The notes: generated by a model not told the origin, from the sequence alone. Shown: positions 1 to 12,388, counted from the stretch's first letter. The stretch is 64,000 nt of DNA from Octopus sinensis (GCF_006345805.1 NC_043004.1:27342001-27406000), one strand, 5' to 3'. Translations and numbers: made by a program.

Positions 1-1003
1 CGTGTGTACGAACAGCCATGCTACATGGCAGTGAAACATGGGCCGTGACTGCTGAGGATATGCGTAAGCTCGCAAGAAATGAAGCCAGTATGCTCCGATG
101 GATGTGTAATGTCAGTACTCATACTCGGCAGAGTGTAAGTACCTTGAGAGAAAAGCTGGACCTAAGAAGCATCAGTTGTGGTGTGCAAGAGAGACGTTTG
201 CGCTGGTATGGTCATGTGGCGAGAATGGATGAAGATAGTTGTGTGAAAAAGTGCCACACCCTAGCTGTTGAGGGAACCTGCGGAAGAGGCAGACCCAGGA
301 AAACCTGGGACGAGGTGGTGAAGCATGACCTTCGAACTTTAGGTCTCACTGAGGAAATGACTAGAGACCGAGACCTCTGGAAGTGTGCTGTGCGCGAGAA
401 GACCCGGCAGGACAAGTGAGTCCATAACCCGTGGCCTTCTACATGGGATGGAGCCAGCCTACGTATGCATACCTTCCCTTCTTGGGACACAAACTCTACT
501 TGTGAAGACCTGTTGAGGCAAGTCAGGATCAGAATCGAAATCGATCAATGGAAATTGCAGATGTGTTACCAGTGCCAGTGGCATGTCGAAACTCTACTTG
601 TGAAGACCCGTTGAGGCAAGTGAGGATCAGAATCGAAATCGATCAATGGAAATCGATCAATGGAAATTGCAGATGTGTTACCAGTGCCGGTGGCATGTAA
701 GAGAACCTTCCGTTTCGCGACCGTTGCCAGCACCGCCCCGACTGGCCTCGTGCCGGTGGCACATAAAAAGCACCATCCGTTTGTGGCCGTTTGCCAGCTC
801 TGTCTGGCACCTGTGCAGGTGGCACGTAAAAAGCACCCACTACACTCACGGAGTGGTTGGCGTTAGGAAGGGCATCCAGCCGTAGAAACACTGCCAGATT
901 TGACTGGGCCTGATGAAGCCTTCTGGCTTCACAGACCCCAGTAGAACCGTCCAACCCATGCTAGCATGGAAAACGGACGCTAAACGATGATGATGATGAT
1001 GAT

Positions 1004-1005
<2 letters not shown>
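1..1005 (+). mobile_element. RTE-clade LINE, 5'-truncated 3' end (C-terminal RT region, 3'UTR, (ATG)n tail)
   Basis: ORF 18-419 has the typical RTE C-terminal motifs LHGSETW, RRLRWYGHVARM and GRGRPRKTW. The 3'UTR that follows recurs many times in the window and ends AACGGACGCTAAACGATGATGATG. Confidence 0.92.
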
Positions 1006-1034
<29 letters not shown>

Positions 1035-1272
1035 ACACACACAGAGACAGACAGACAGATAAATATATATATCTATATCTAATATATATGTATATATACA
1101 TATATATATGTACATATTCATAGATATAGATATATATCTATATACATACATACATACATACATACATACACATATATATATATGCATACATACCAATATA
1201 CATACATATATATATATATATACATACACACATGAATATGTATGTGTATGTATGTATATATATATACATACT

Positions 1273-1308
<36 letters not shown>

Positions 1309-1716
1309 AAGGAATGAGAAAGATTAGAGAATGAGTATAAACCATCATACAGACAATGACTTCTATAGCTATAAATCTATAAAACAACAACATGAAAGCT
1401 ACCAAAAATAGAAATAGAATGAAATATTCAGAGAAATGACACGATAGGAACTTGATTAGTAAAACATTGCAGAATCTATGGAGATCTGAATTGCTGATGT
1501 ACACATACAAATACAAATACATACGTGTAAACATTATATATATATTTATATATGTGTGTGTGTGTGTTTGTATATTGTGTGTGTGTGTGTATATACATCC
1601 ACACATATATATGTGTCTGTGAGAGTGTGTGTATGTGTGTGTCTATGTATATATACATATATATGTGTGTGGGTGTATGTATATATGTATGTATATATGT
1701 ATGCGTATCTATGTAT

Positions 1717-1924
1717 ATTCTTTTATTCTTTTACTCTTAGTCAATTCACTATGGCCATGCTGGAGCACTGCCTTTTAGTCGAAGAAATCAACTCTTGGAT
1801 TTATTCCTTGTAAGCCTGGTTCTTATTCTATCGATCTCTTCTGCCAAAGCTACAGGGATGTAGACACACCAGCATCGGTTGTCAAGCAATGGTGGAGGGG
1901 ACAAACACAGACATAAATATATAC

Positions 1925-1964
<40 letters not shown>

Positions 1965-2153
1965 TATTATATATATACATATATATATATATGACAGGCT
2001 TCTTTCAGTTTCCTTCTACCATATCCACTCAGAAGGCTTTGGTCAGCCTGAGGCTATAGTAGAAGACACTTACCAAGGTACCATGCAGCAGGACTGAATC
2101 CCTAACCAAGTGGTTTGGAAAACAAGCTTCTTACCACACAGTCACGTGTGCGC
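1717..2153 (-). mobile_element. tRNA-derived SINE family A (about 400 bp, internal microsatellite)
   Basis: Diverged match to the cleaner copies at 27409 and 42752, including the GCTCCAGCATGGCC 3' part and the CCTTGGGCAAGTGTCTT-type core. Confidence 0.85.
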
Positions 2154-2598
2154 TTATGCATGCATATTTATATTAATTTATATATATATATATATGTGCT
2201 GATGATGATGGTTGATGACTGTTGTGAATGATGGTGATTAATGGGAGTGTTAGTGTTGGTGATGTTGGTGGTGATTACAGTGTTGTTGTTGACTGGTGAC
2301 ACCAATACAGTTATCATTGTGTAGGTTGAGGTTTGTTGGCTAATCCGGGCAACAAGAGGCCACCAGTGGGTAACAGTTATAGGGAAGAATGACTGGTCAG
2401 TACATTAACTTTTTATCAAATCAATGCCAGCTATCTCTTCCATAGCGTGACAGTGTAATCAATAGAGAGGGTGAACTTATATGGCTTCAATAAATACCAC
2501 ATATGCAAATAGGGTGTGATTATTGTTGACCACCTAATCTATTAGAAAAAACAGCTACATTTCCCACAAATCTCATACCACAGTACAATTGTGTAAAA

Positions 2599-3269
2599 GT
2601 GAGGTTCTCAGCCATTTTTACCTATAAATCCCTTTGATTCCTATTTTCTTCAAGTGGACCCATTCGATGTTTAAAAAAGTCCTATTATATTTTCTTATTA
2701 AATATTATTAGGAATTGTACAACAAAATTCTTAAAATATTTCATGTATTGTTGAACCATAGCCAATTAATTCTTTTATCCTTTTACTTGTTTCTGTCATT
2801 AGACAGTGACCATACTGGAGCACTGCCTTAAAAAGTTATTTTAGTTGAAGACATCAGCCACAGGACTTATTCTTTGTAAACCTGGTACTTATTTTATCAG
2901 ACACTTTTGCTGAACTGCTATGTTACAGCTATGTAAATACATCAGCATCAATTGTCAAGTGATGGTGGGGGAATAAACACAGACATAAAGACACATATAT
3001 ATAAATACATATACATATATATATATATACATATATATACGATGAGCTTCTTTCAGTTTCCATCAGCCAAATCCACTCACAAGGCTTTGGTCAGCCTGAG
3101 GCTATAGTAGAAGACACTTTCCCAAGGTGCCACATAGTGGGACGAAATCCTGAACCATGTGGTTAGGAAGCAAGCTTCTTACCACACAGCCATACCTGCA
3201 CATAAATTTTAACAACAAAATCTTATATGGACCCTGAAGGATCATATGAATCCCAGTTGAGAACCACTG
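2599..3269. mobile_element. hAT-type MITE interrupted by a SINE
   Basis: Right end GTTGAGAACCACTG, degenerate left end GTGAGGTTCTCAG, and a perfect 8-bp TSD GTGTAAAA (2591-2598, 3270-3277). The interior is homologous to 14039-14287. Confidence 0.8.
2770..3200 (-). mobile_element. SINE family A nested in the hAT MITE
   Basis: Full-length diverged copy splitting the MITE, compared with the uninterrupted MITE at 14 kb. Confidence 0.85.
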
Positions 3270-3396
3270 GTGTAAAAGAAGAAATGGTCAATGCTGGAGC
3301 AACTTTTCATATTAGAACTTCTTGGTAAAGGTTAACCCAGGGCAAAACAATAACAGCAGTAGTTTCCATGGAGATTCTGATACTTTGTATATGTCT

Positions 3397-3598
3397 TTTA
3401 TCTTTTATCTTTTACTCGTTTCAGTCATTTAATTGCAGCCATGCTGGAGCACTGCCTTGAAGGATTGTAGGTGAACAAATTGACTCCAGGATTTATTTAT
3501 TTTAAGCCTTGTACTTATTCAATAATCTCTTTTGCTGAACTGCTAAATTACAGGGATGTAAACCAGTTGTCAAGTGGTGGTGGAGGACAAACACAGAC

Positions 3599-3689
<91 letters not shown>

Positions 3690-4025
3690 GAGTTAGAGGA
3701 GGGATTTAATATCCATGCAGATACTGAATTTCTTTATGTAAAATGCCAAGGCTTGTTCTTTCAGATATTGCATTTTATGGTAAATTTCCTTTAACTCTTA
3801 TAACACACCGTCTGAAGGAACCAGCTTTGGTACTTTACATATGTGTGTGTGTGTGTGTGTGTGTGAGACAGGCTTCTCTCAGTTTCCATCTACCAAATTA
3901 ACTCACAAGGCTTTGGTTGGTCTGAGACTATAGTAGAAGGCACTTGCCCAAGGTGCCATGTGGTGGGACTGAAACTGGAACCATGTCGTTTGGAAAGAAA
4001 CTTCTTATCACACAGCCATGCCTGC
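3397..4025 (-). mobile_element. SINE family A split by about 150 bp of unrelated sequence inside its microsatellite
   Basis: 3' half at about 3397-3690 and 5' half at about 3865-4025. Confidence 0.8.
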
Positions 4026-4113
4026 ACTTAAATTTCAAAATGTTGCAACACCCAGTTGAAGTTTGATTCTTTGTGTAACACAACACTTCACAACACACAA
4101 TACAAACTATACA

Positions 4114-4518
4114 GGATCTTTTCGGTTTGAGCGGCAGTTTTTTCTAGCGGTGTCATATGAAATTGTCACCCATAATTATGACCCTAGTATCGATCTATTG
4201 CATTTCAATCTGTTTTAGGGTTGGTTAGGGTGGGGGGAGGGTATCTTTTTTTCTCTTCACAAATGTAAATAAACCCAATCTGTTTCTTAAGCGAGGGACA
4301 TATTCATACGGCACAGAATGCTTTTTAACTCAATAGATGTCACTGATTGGTTGAAATTGCAGAAATTGAAGAAAAACAACAACAAATATCTTACAAACTA
4401 TAGAATTTTCTCAATAAAGCCAAGAGAAAAAGATGTTTTCTAAACACATTCTACCAGCATACGAAGTTTAGTTACCTACAAATTATGTTAAAAACTGCCA
4501 TTCAAACCGAAAAGATCC
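4114..4518. mobile_element. MITE with 28-bp terminal inverted repeats
   Basis: GGATCTTTTCGGTTTGAGCGGCAGTTTT versus AAAACTGCCATTCAAACCGAAAAGATCC (26/28 complementary), non-coding interior. Confidence 0.85.
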
Positions 4519-4786
4519 ACTACACAAACTGCACTTCACTCCTCTATATCAAACTTACATTCTGTTACACACCACTTCAATAAAATGGGAATTACTACAA
4601 ATAATATAAAACACCACAATTTCTTTTCTCATGGCTGTCAACATTTAGTGTTACAGTTATATGTAAGTTATATGTGAAACAATAACAACAGCCATACAAA
4701 CAGCAACATAACATGTTAGCACTGACAGCAGTAGTCATAGTAGCTGCACCATCAATGCCACCATCATCAGTATCACAACAATCAGT

Positions 4787-4817
<31 letters not shown>

Positions 4818-4934
4818 GTTGTATCCTGATCACTGGCAGTAATAACATACATCAATAATATATTTAGGTGAAGAAATAAATTATTTGAGTGTAAATATTC
4901 ATAAATATGCATACACTCACACATACATACACAC

Positions 4935-4962
4935 ATGCTCTCTCTCTTTCTTTCTTTCTCTC

Positions 4963-5030
<68 letters not shown>

Positions 5031-5117
5031 AGAAACATTTATACAAAATAAAGCGCAGAAGCAGCAGCAGCGAAAGAAAATGAAAATGAGGAGGAGGAGG
5101 AGGAGGAGGAGGAGAAG

Positions 5118-5150
<33 letters not shown>
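4935..5150. repeat. (CT)n, (GAG)n and (AAG)n microsatellites
   Basis: Read directly from the sequence. Confidence 0.95.
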
Positions 5151-5957
5151 AAAGGGACCCTTTTAATGTTTAATGTGGTCATGTGGTTAAGCAGGTTTTT
5201 TCATAATCCCATGCCATTGGGTTCCACTTGACTGCACAAAGGCTAGGGTTGACCTAAAGATCTGTGAGTAACAGGAAATGACATGAAAGTCACGTAGGGG
5301 TAGTCTCTTGTTTTGGAGTGGTGCAATTAATATGGCACCCAGTTTAGCACTAATTTTGTCCTATATATATATTTTGTCTTTGGATACCTTTAGTGAAGTT
5401 CACCTTAATTTCCCTTAATTTAATGTCAGCATTTGGCCCTTAATTGGTGGTATGTGGAATATGGCTAGGGAGTTGCACACATGATCATAACATTGTGGTT
5501 TTGATTCTTTGACCAGGTGATGCACTGTGATCTTAAGCAAAACACTTCATTCCACTTAGCTGGCAAGAGTGAGTAATCTTGTAATGGATTGGCATCTCAT
5601 CTAGGGACAGAAGAAATACATATGCCACAGAATCTGAAAAACAAGGCTTATAATCCTAGGGCTTGAAAAGAACCATTGATCCTTTTTGTCTTTTAGATTT
5701 GGTCCTCAGGCACCTCAAGAGTTTGCTCTGTTGCTGCCTATTTGGCCCTTGGCTATGTGTAATAGTCACTGCTCTGCTGGGATTATACAAGCAACATCAC
5801 TGGCTTTTTTCCCATTGTCTTACGTCCCCATTGACTAAAGGTGATGCTCCAGCATGGCCGCAGTCAAATGACTGAAACAAAAGAATAAAAGAATATATAT
5901 CTATATGTATGTATTATATGTATGCATATATATATGTATATATTTATATATGTGTAT

Positions 5958-6004
<47 letters not shown>

Positions 6005-6007
<3 letters not shown>

Positions 6008-6428
6008 TCTTTACTCTTTTACTATTTTATTTGTTTCAGTCATTTGACTGTGGCCATGCTGGAGCACCACCTTTAGTCGAGCAAATCGACCCCAGGACTT
6101 ATTCTTTGTAAGCCTAGTACTTATTCTATCAGTCTCTTTTGCCAAAGTGCTAAGTTACGGGGACGTAAACACACCAGCATCGGTTGTCAAGCGATGTTGG
6201 GGGGACAAACACAGACACACAAACATATACACACACACACACATATATATATATACATATATACGACGGGCTTCTTTCAGTTTCCCTCTACCAAATTCAC
6301 TCACAAGGCTTTGGTCGGCCCGAGGCTATAGTAGAAGACACTTGCCCAAGGTGCTACGCAGTGTGACTGAACCTGGAACCATGTGGTTCATAAGCAAGCT
6401 ACTTACCACACAGCCACTCCTACGCCTA
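6005..6428 (-). mobile_element. SINE family A
   Basis: Near full-length copy with A-box/B-box-like head and (TAAAAGAG)-type tail. Confidence 0.92.
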
Positions 6429-6448
6429 TATATATACATATATATATA

Positions 6449-6915
6449 TCTAATGTAGGATAAAATTTTTCAAAAAAATTTCTATTAATGGCCAGCATGT
6501 GGCAACACGTCACATCTAAACCACAACACTGGGTGTGTTCCCTCTGTTTAAAAAAAGTTTTAAAAACAAAGTCGAAACTAAATTGTATATAGATGAAATT
6601 CAAATTCTTAAAATGTCCATACGAACTCATCATAGCACCTTTACGTATTTATAATGTCTTGTAATGTCCCTATCTGTATAAGATTTTTATAATTATGATA
6701 AAAAATTCAGCTAGCAAGCCATGCTACTCTAGACTGATGATGAGCAAAGACTCTGAAACTAGTCTCTGATTGCTGGCTTTGCTGGGTGGAGGTGTTTATC
6801 TCACCTTTGAAAATACAAGGACACAGGAAATGTGTCAAGTCCAGCAGGAAACGGTGTTTCCTAGGGCTAAATAGCAGTAGCATTCTTCCCTTTCATGGGA
6901 CTGTCACAGTAAGTT
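6449..6915 (+). mobile_element. Penelope-like element remnant (decayed C-terminal coding end plus hammerhead-bearing 3' region)
   Basis: About 6530-6630 translates, with frameshifts, to CSLCLKKVL...LN...KCPY, resembling the Cys-rich C-terminus after the GIY-YIG domain. A hammerhead motif follows and the region ends at (TA)n. Confidence 0.55.
6713..6783 (+). ncRNA. Type I hammerhead ribozyme motif (minimal, palindromic stem III)
   Basis: AGA-CTGATGA(6734-40)-tGAGcaaagaCTCt-GAAA(6755-58)-CTAG-TC-TCT. Stem I extends to AGCAAGCCA/TGGCTTTGCT. The 10.1-11.1 pair is U-U. Confidence 0.75.
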
Positions 6916-6946
6916 AACAACATACCATCACTTTATATATATATAT

Positions 6947-7287
6947 CTAATGTAGGATAAAATTTTCTTCGAAAAAAATTTATCAATGGCCAGCATATTA
7001 AAAAATACCTTTAAAGGTTAAATTTATAAACAATTCATAAATAAGGGCAAACGAAAACATTTCTAATGCCAAATATGCCGAAAAATTGGACATATTGTCT
7101 ATTAACCATATAATTTTTTCACAATATGCACACCACTTGATTTTTTAGAAATTTTTTAGAAATTTCTGTCAACCTTTTTTCGAGTAGCGTGCGTATTGTG
7201 AAAAAATTATATGGTTAATGGACAATATGTCCAATTTTCGGCATATTTGGCATTACAAATTTTTTTGTTTGCCCTTATTTATGAATT

Positions 7288-7294
<7 letters not shown>
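6947..7294. mobile_element. Foldback (inverted pseudo-LTR-like) remnant of a Penelope-like family
   Basis: Arms 7025-7131 and 7189-7294 are about 95% complementary by eye. Homologous to 30920-31260, which carries a hammerhead. Both ends abut (TA)n. Confidence 0.7.
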
Positions 7295-7339
<45 letters not shown>

Positions 7340-8857
7340 TATCACTTAGCTTTTACTTGTTTCAGTCCTAAGACTGCAATAATCTGTAGGCAGAAGGTGT
7401 AAACACACCAAGTCAGGATTCAAAAACCACCCACCCAGATTGATTGATTCATTTATTTTGGAGCTGTTATCTTCTCTCCAGCATGGAACATTGGAAAGGG
7501 GAGGTGTGTTATGAACTGAGAACAAAAGACCAGGTCTCTCTATGTACATGTATTTGTACATATATATGCATGTATGTGTGTTTGTGTGCTAGTATATACA
7601 CAGGCACATATGCGCACGCATAAATAAAGACATGTACACAGCTACAAGAACATAATTTGGCATCCCATGTGAATGTTTCTGTGCCTGACTTACATTAATG
7701 AAACACAGTTAAAACATAAATAGTATGGACTTTTCTAAATTCTCTACATAAACAAGAATATATTTCTTTCCGCTACTTCATATATAATTCTATGCGGTAT
7801 TCAAACCAACCACATGGTGAGGTAGTTTAAAACTTATTCCCTTTCATGTTATTCAACTTCATTGTTGCATTGCCTACAAAAATATCAAACATTTGAAATG
7901 AGGGGAAATGCTAATAATCTAAGAGAGATAGTTCTATAGAACAGAGTTTCTTAAATTTACAACCTGACGAATATTTTCTTTCATTAATTTTCCTTTTAAA
8001 GTATGTTGTTTTCCTTTGTAGATTTTCTGCTGTTTCCAGCAATAGAAATTTTCACAAAGTCAGTCTCTCCTCACTTGGCACACTACCTAAAGTGTTAGAA
8101 GTATAACCAATACAACCAACTACATTCTAGTAACTGCTATAATACTAGTAACAGTACCAGTAATAGTGCCAATAATACTACTGGTAATAGTAAATCATAG
8201 TATCAATAATAGTACCTGCAATAGTACATGTAATAGTACTGTAAATGATATAAGGAAGAAATTTGCCATCATTATGCTAGTATTTGAAACCTAGATTAAA
8301 TTTTGATGAAAAATGTTAATGTAGATAATTTTAAAACAAGATACTTGTGTAGCAGGGATATTCAGCAACCACTCAATGTTGCAATTTGCTAGAATATTGC
8401 CCATGTGATCAACAAAAAATCTGAGCAATCACAACTTCTCATGGAATAGGCTCCAGTGACAATCTCATTTTTTGATGTGCTTCCTTCTGAGCCTATCAAC
8501 CAGTATAAATTTGATACACCATGACTGATAGACAGAATTTTAGGATGCAACAGAGAGAGCATTGACAGATGTTGTTGGAAATGGTCAACAGAAACAGCAA
8601 ACAGTAGCTGACAACACAAAGGCAATGAACAGTTACAGGACAAACGATATCAGATGTCAGTAGCTGACCACCTTTTATCTACATCTACAACTACACCAAA
8701 AATAATAACATTCATATATTTCTCAGTAACATTTGTTTTTTGTGTATGAAAAGCATAAAATTTTTTCCTCAAAAATCTCACCAGAGTTCAGTGTTCTTCT
8801 TCATACTCTTGTATCATAGCACCTGGGGTGGTCTTGGAAGGTTTGTTACCAAAAGGG

Positions 8858-9051
8858 TTAACCCTTGTACGACTGTATTTCTGTTGAGAATAATGTATAG
8901 TTAGTAAACTAGATTTCTTATTAACCTCATATTTGCAATACAAATTAGCATAAGGTTTTGAGGGAAGGTTTTAATTTTAATAACTTTTAAAACAGAAATT
9001 TGCATTATAGAACCATGGATGGGCTCAGGCAGGATGGTATCAAAAAGGTTA
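8858..9051. mobile_element. piggyBac-type MITE
   Basis: TTAACCCTT left end and AAAAAGGTTA right end. The reverse complement aligns with 51739-52197 (shared AATTAAAAYCTTCC..AAACCTTA and GAAATACAGT). Confidence 0.7.
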
Positions 9052-10796
9052 CATACTTCTTTTGCCTTTAAACACTATTTACTAAATTTGTTTCATTAAA
9101 ATTCTTCACAAATAGTAAAACCCATCTCTTACAAATCCCATTTTGTAAGGATGCTGTCTTCCTTGTTTAGAAACACAAGTGGGTGGTGTTTCTTTCACAA
9201 GTTGAACAAACTTATAGGGGAAAATTGAAGTCCCAGTCACCTTTACAATAAATTTCATTTTACTATCAATAGGGTCACACCAACAGTAATTGTTCAGGTT
9301 TTTCTCATAAATATGTTTGGAAAAGATAATATTATTTTGACATCGTTAATATGTATAATAATCTGCTTGTTCGTTCATCCGTTATACTTTAGTTGGTTAG
9401 AGATGTGGAGGTGGAGTAAAAGTGGGAGAGAGGGGGTAGTGTGAATAGATAAGAAAGAAGAGAAATATGTATAATAAGGCCAAATGCATCACATGATTAG
9501 TTGAAGGGAGAGGTTGAAGGGCAAGAGAAAAAAATGGTGAGAGAAAAGAGGGAGATAGAAGTTTGACAATGTGCAGCAGGGTAGGGAGGGAAAGGTAAAG
9601 AGAAAGAGATATGTTAAGGATACAAAATTCAGCAGAGGGTGATGCTCTGGTGGTGAAGTTAAAAAAGGCAGATAGAGAGAGATGGACAGGGGAGACAGTT
9701 ACATTAAGAGAGAGAGAGAGTGGGGGAGAGAGAGAGGCGGATGACATTTGTATTGTCAGAGTAGAGAACATTGACAGCAAGAAAATGTAGATATAAACAA
9801 ACAGCTGGACTGAAATGGAATGAAAAAAATGAGCTTTGTTACTGAAAGCTATAATGATGATAATTGCAGTGGTGATGGTGGTTGATAGTGCAAAGCATAT
9901 TTTTTATTGACCTAAATCTATAATATTCTTCTTCTACCTGTTCGTTCACACTTTACACTTTAGTATGTTAGAGAGGAGGAGGAGGTGGAATTAGAGAGAG
10001 GAAGAGGGAATGTGAGAGAGCAGACAGCCAGGCAGTGCATTATGCTGTCATGCATGTGGTTAGTGGAAGAGAGGGGTGAAGAGAAAGAGAGAAATGTTAA
10101 AGACATGAGGAGGGTTAAAAAGTTTGTTGAAGTGGTAGAGAGGAAAATTTTAAAATAATGTTATATATTATTGTGACTGGAAGTGAACTAACTTAGCTAA
10201 ATAAAAATGCAAATTATCATTTCTTTCTTAAATAGCTTTTCTTAATCTTTAACATTCGGTGGAATTTCACGGGTCCCACTAGTTATCATATATTTATAAT
10301 AGAAAGATAGATAGACAGACAGAAAGAAAGATTAAAGGATAAATGAATTGATGGATTGACAAACAGATAGACTGAGACAGATTGATCAATAGATTGACCA
10401 ACAGATACATAATTGATAGATAAACAGAAAGAATGATAAACAGCTAAACAGACCAAGAGATAGATAGTGCCAGGTCACCAAGACATGTTTGTCATCAATA
10501 TCTCTGGGTTGTCTACTCCCACATCGAGTACCTTCACTTGATTTCAAGTGTATTGTTTTATTGGTTCCCTGCTTGTCAATGTTTTATTACATCACTTATA
10601 TTGACACAGATTAATAGAGGATTTAATCAGTTGCCCTACTCGTCCACTTTGGGCTGTTTTGTCTTCTATTTTATACAACGAATAAACAAGCTATAAGCTA
10701 TCTTTTGTTTTTGAACTGACCTATAATCATCACTGGTGTCACTGTTGCCTTTGTTATTCTTATTATTATTGCATTGTTGTTGCTTCTGCTGCTGTT

Positions 10797-11176
10797 GCTG
10801 TTGCTGTTGAGCGAACGGTCTTCATCCCGGAGCTCGCAAGATGGGAGAAGTCCGAAATGTGGTCCTTTGCTATTCGTAAGACCCACAGAAGAGAAAGCAG
10901 GTCAACCCCTGACACGGAGAGCATCGACGGATGGATGAATGCGCATCCAGGCTCAGCAGTTGCATAGGAAGTCGGGGACAAGAAACAGGAAGAAAGAGTG
11001 AGAGAAAGTTGGAGCGAAAGAGTACAACAGGGGTCGCCACCACCCCCTGCCAGAGCCTCGTGGAACTTTAGATGTTTTCGCTCAATAAACACACACAACG
11101 CCCGGTCTGGGAATCGAAACCGCGATCCTCTGACTGCAAGTCCGCTACCCTAACCATTGGGCCATTGTGCCTCCAC
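10797..11176 (-). mobile_element. tRNA-derived SINE family C
   Basis: Head GGAGGCACAATGGCCCAATGGTTAGG...GGTTTCGATTCCC, (AAC/AGC)n tail, and a perfect 16-bp TSD TGCTTCTGCTGCTGTT (10781-96, 11177-92). Confidence 0.9.
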
Positions 11177-11238
11177 TGCTTCTGCTGCTGTTTTTGTTGT
11201 TGAGGTAGTGGTGGATGTGGTGGTGCCAGTGTTGTATA

Positions 11239-11470
11239 TATTTCTTTATTACCCACAAGGGGCTAAACATAGAGGGGACAAACAAGGACAGACAAAGGGA
11301 TTAAATCGATTACATCGACCCCAGTGCGTAACTGGTACTTAATTTATCGACCCTGAAAGGATGGAAGGTAAAGTCAACCTCGGCGGAATTTGAACTCACA
11401 ACGTAATGGCAGATGAAATACCACTTAGCATTTCGCCCGACGTGCTAACGTTTCTGCCAGCTCACCGCCT
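11239..11470 (-). mobile_element. tRNA-derived SINE family B (about 230 bp)
   Basis: Head GGCGGTGAGCTGGCAGAAACGTTAGCAC, B-box GAGTTCAAATTCC, and a 14/16 TSD GTGCCAG.G.TGTATA. Confidence 0.9.
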
Positions 11471-12314
11471 TGTGCCAGCGGTGTATATGCTACACATCAC
11501 CACTACATGAAAGATTTCAGGCAAAGTTCTGTGTTTGATTTTACTGAAAGACTTGTGAGCAACAGTTTCACTGGTTACAGCTTTATAACAAGCCATGCAC
11601 TGGCTACAATATACATCTGGCAATGGTAAGAGATAAAGGAGTGTCTGTTACTTATGGTGAATTTGCCACAATAAGATATTAGTCTGTGACACATCAATTG
11701 TCTTTGAATACTCACCAATGAGTCAATCTCTTACCAATCCTTGCATACTGTCATCGTCATCATCATCGTCATATTCATCATTATATTCGACATCACACTC
11801 ATCATAGTTATTTTCCTCATTGTCGTCATCGTTATCATCATCATCATTACCATCATCATTGTATGGTTTACAATGATAGTGTGTAATAAAATGTAATTAT
11901 TTCATTAGAACTCCTTATGCTCCATCATGTTCTCAAAAATTCAGCCTGAAACACGGTCATACTGCAAACACATAGTCTTAAGATTTATGCTCAAGGCTGC
12001 AATAGCCATTGAGTCTTACAGTTTTGGATTATGTAAAAGCAGAATGAAATATTTATTCAAAATTTCATATCCTTACAATGGTTTTGGTTGCAATAACAAC
12101 GTTAGCTATATCGGAAGAAGATAATAATTTATAAATGATAAAAAGCTGAAAAGAAAACCTCTAGTAAAATGGCAAGCATTGTTATTGGTGAAACAATTGG
12201 AAAGGTAAGAAATTTTGCATAAATATTTCTTTATTCTATTACATAATCTGGATATATCTATATATGTATATGTGTATATGTATATATTTACATATGCACA
12301 CATCTATCTATCTA

Positions 12315-12388
<74 letters not shown>

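Noticed and set aside
910-945. CTGATGA followed by a hairpin as a hammerhead
   Set aside because: No GAAA follows the stem, and other copies of this UTR read CTGGTGCA or similar here, so it is a chance variant.
4216-4232. Telomeric TTAGGG repeats
   Set aside because: Only one or two units, inside a MITE. The same applies at about 21601.
8389-8643. 84-aa minus-strand ORF as a host exon
   Set aside because: No recognisable domain, non-ATG start and no convincing splice sites.
11100-11176. tRNA gene
   Set aside because: This is the tRNA-like head of a TSD-flanked SINE and continues into the SINE body. The same applies to 36255-36332 and the family A and B heads.
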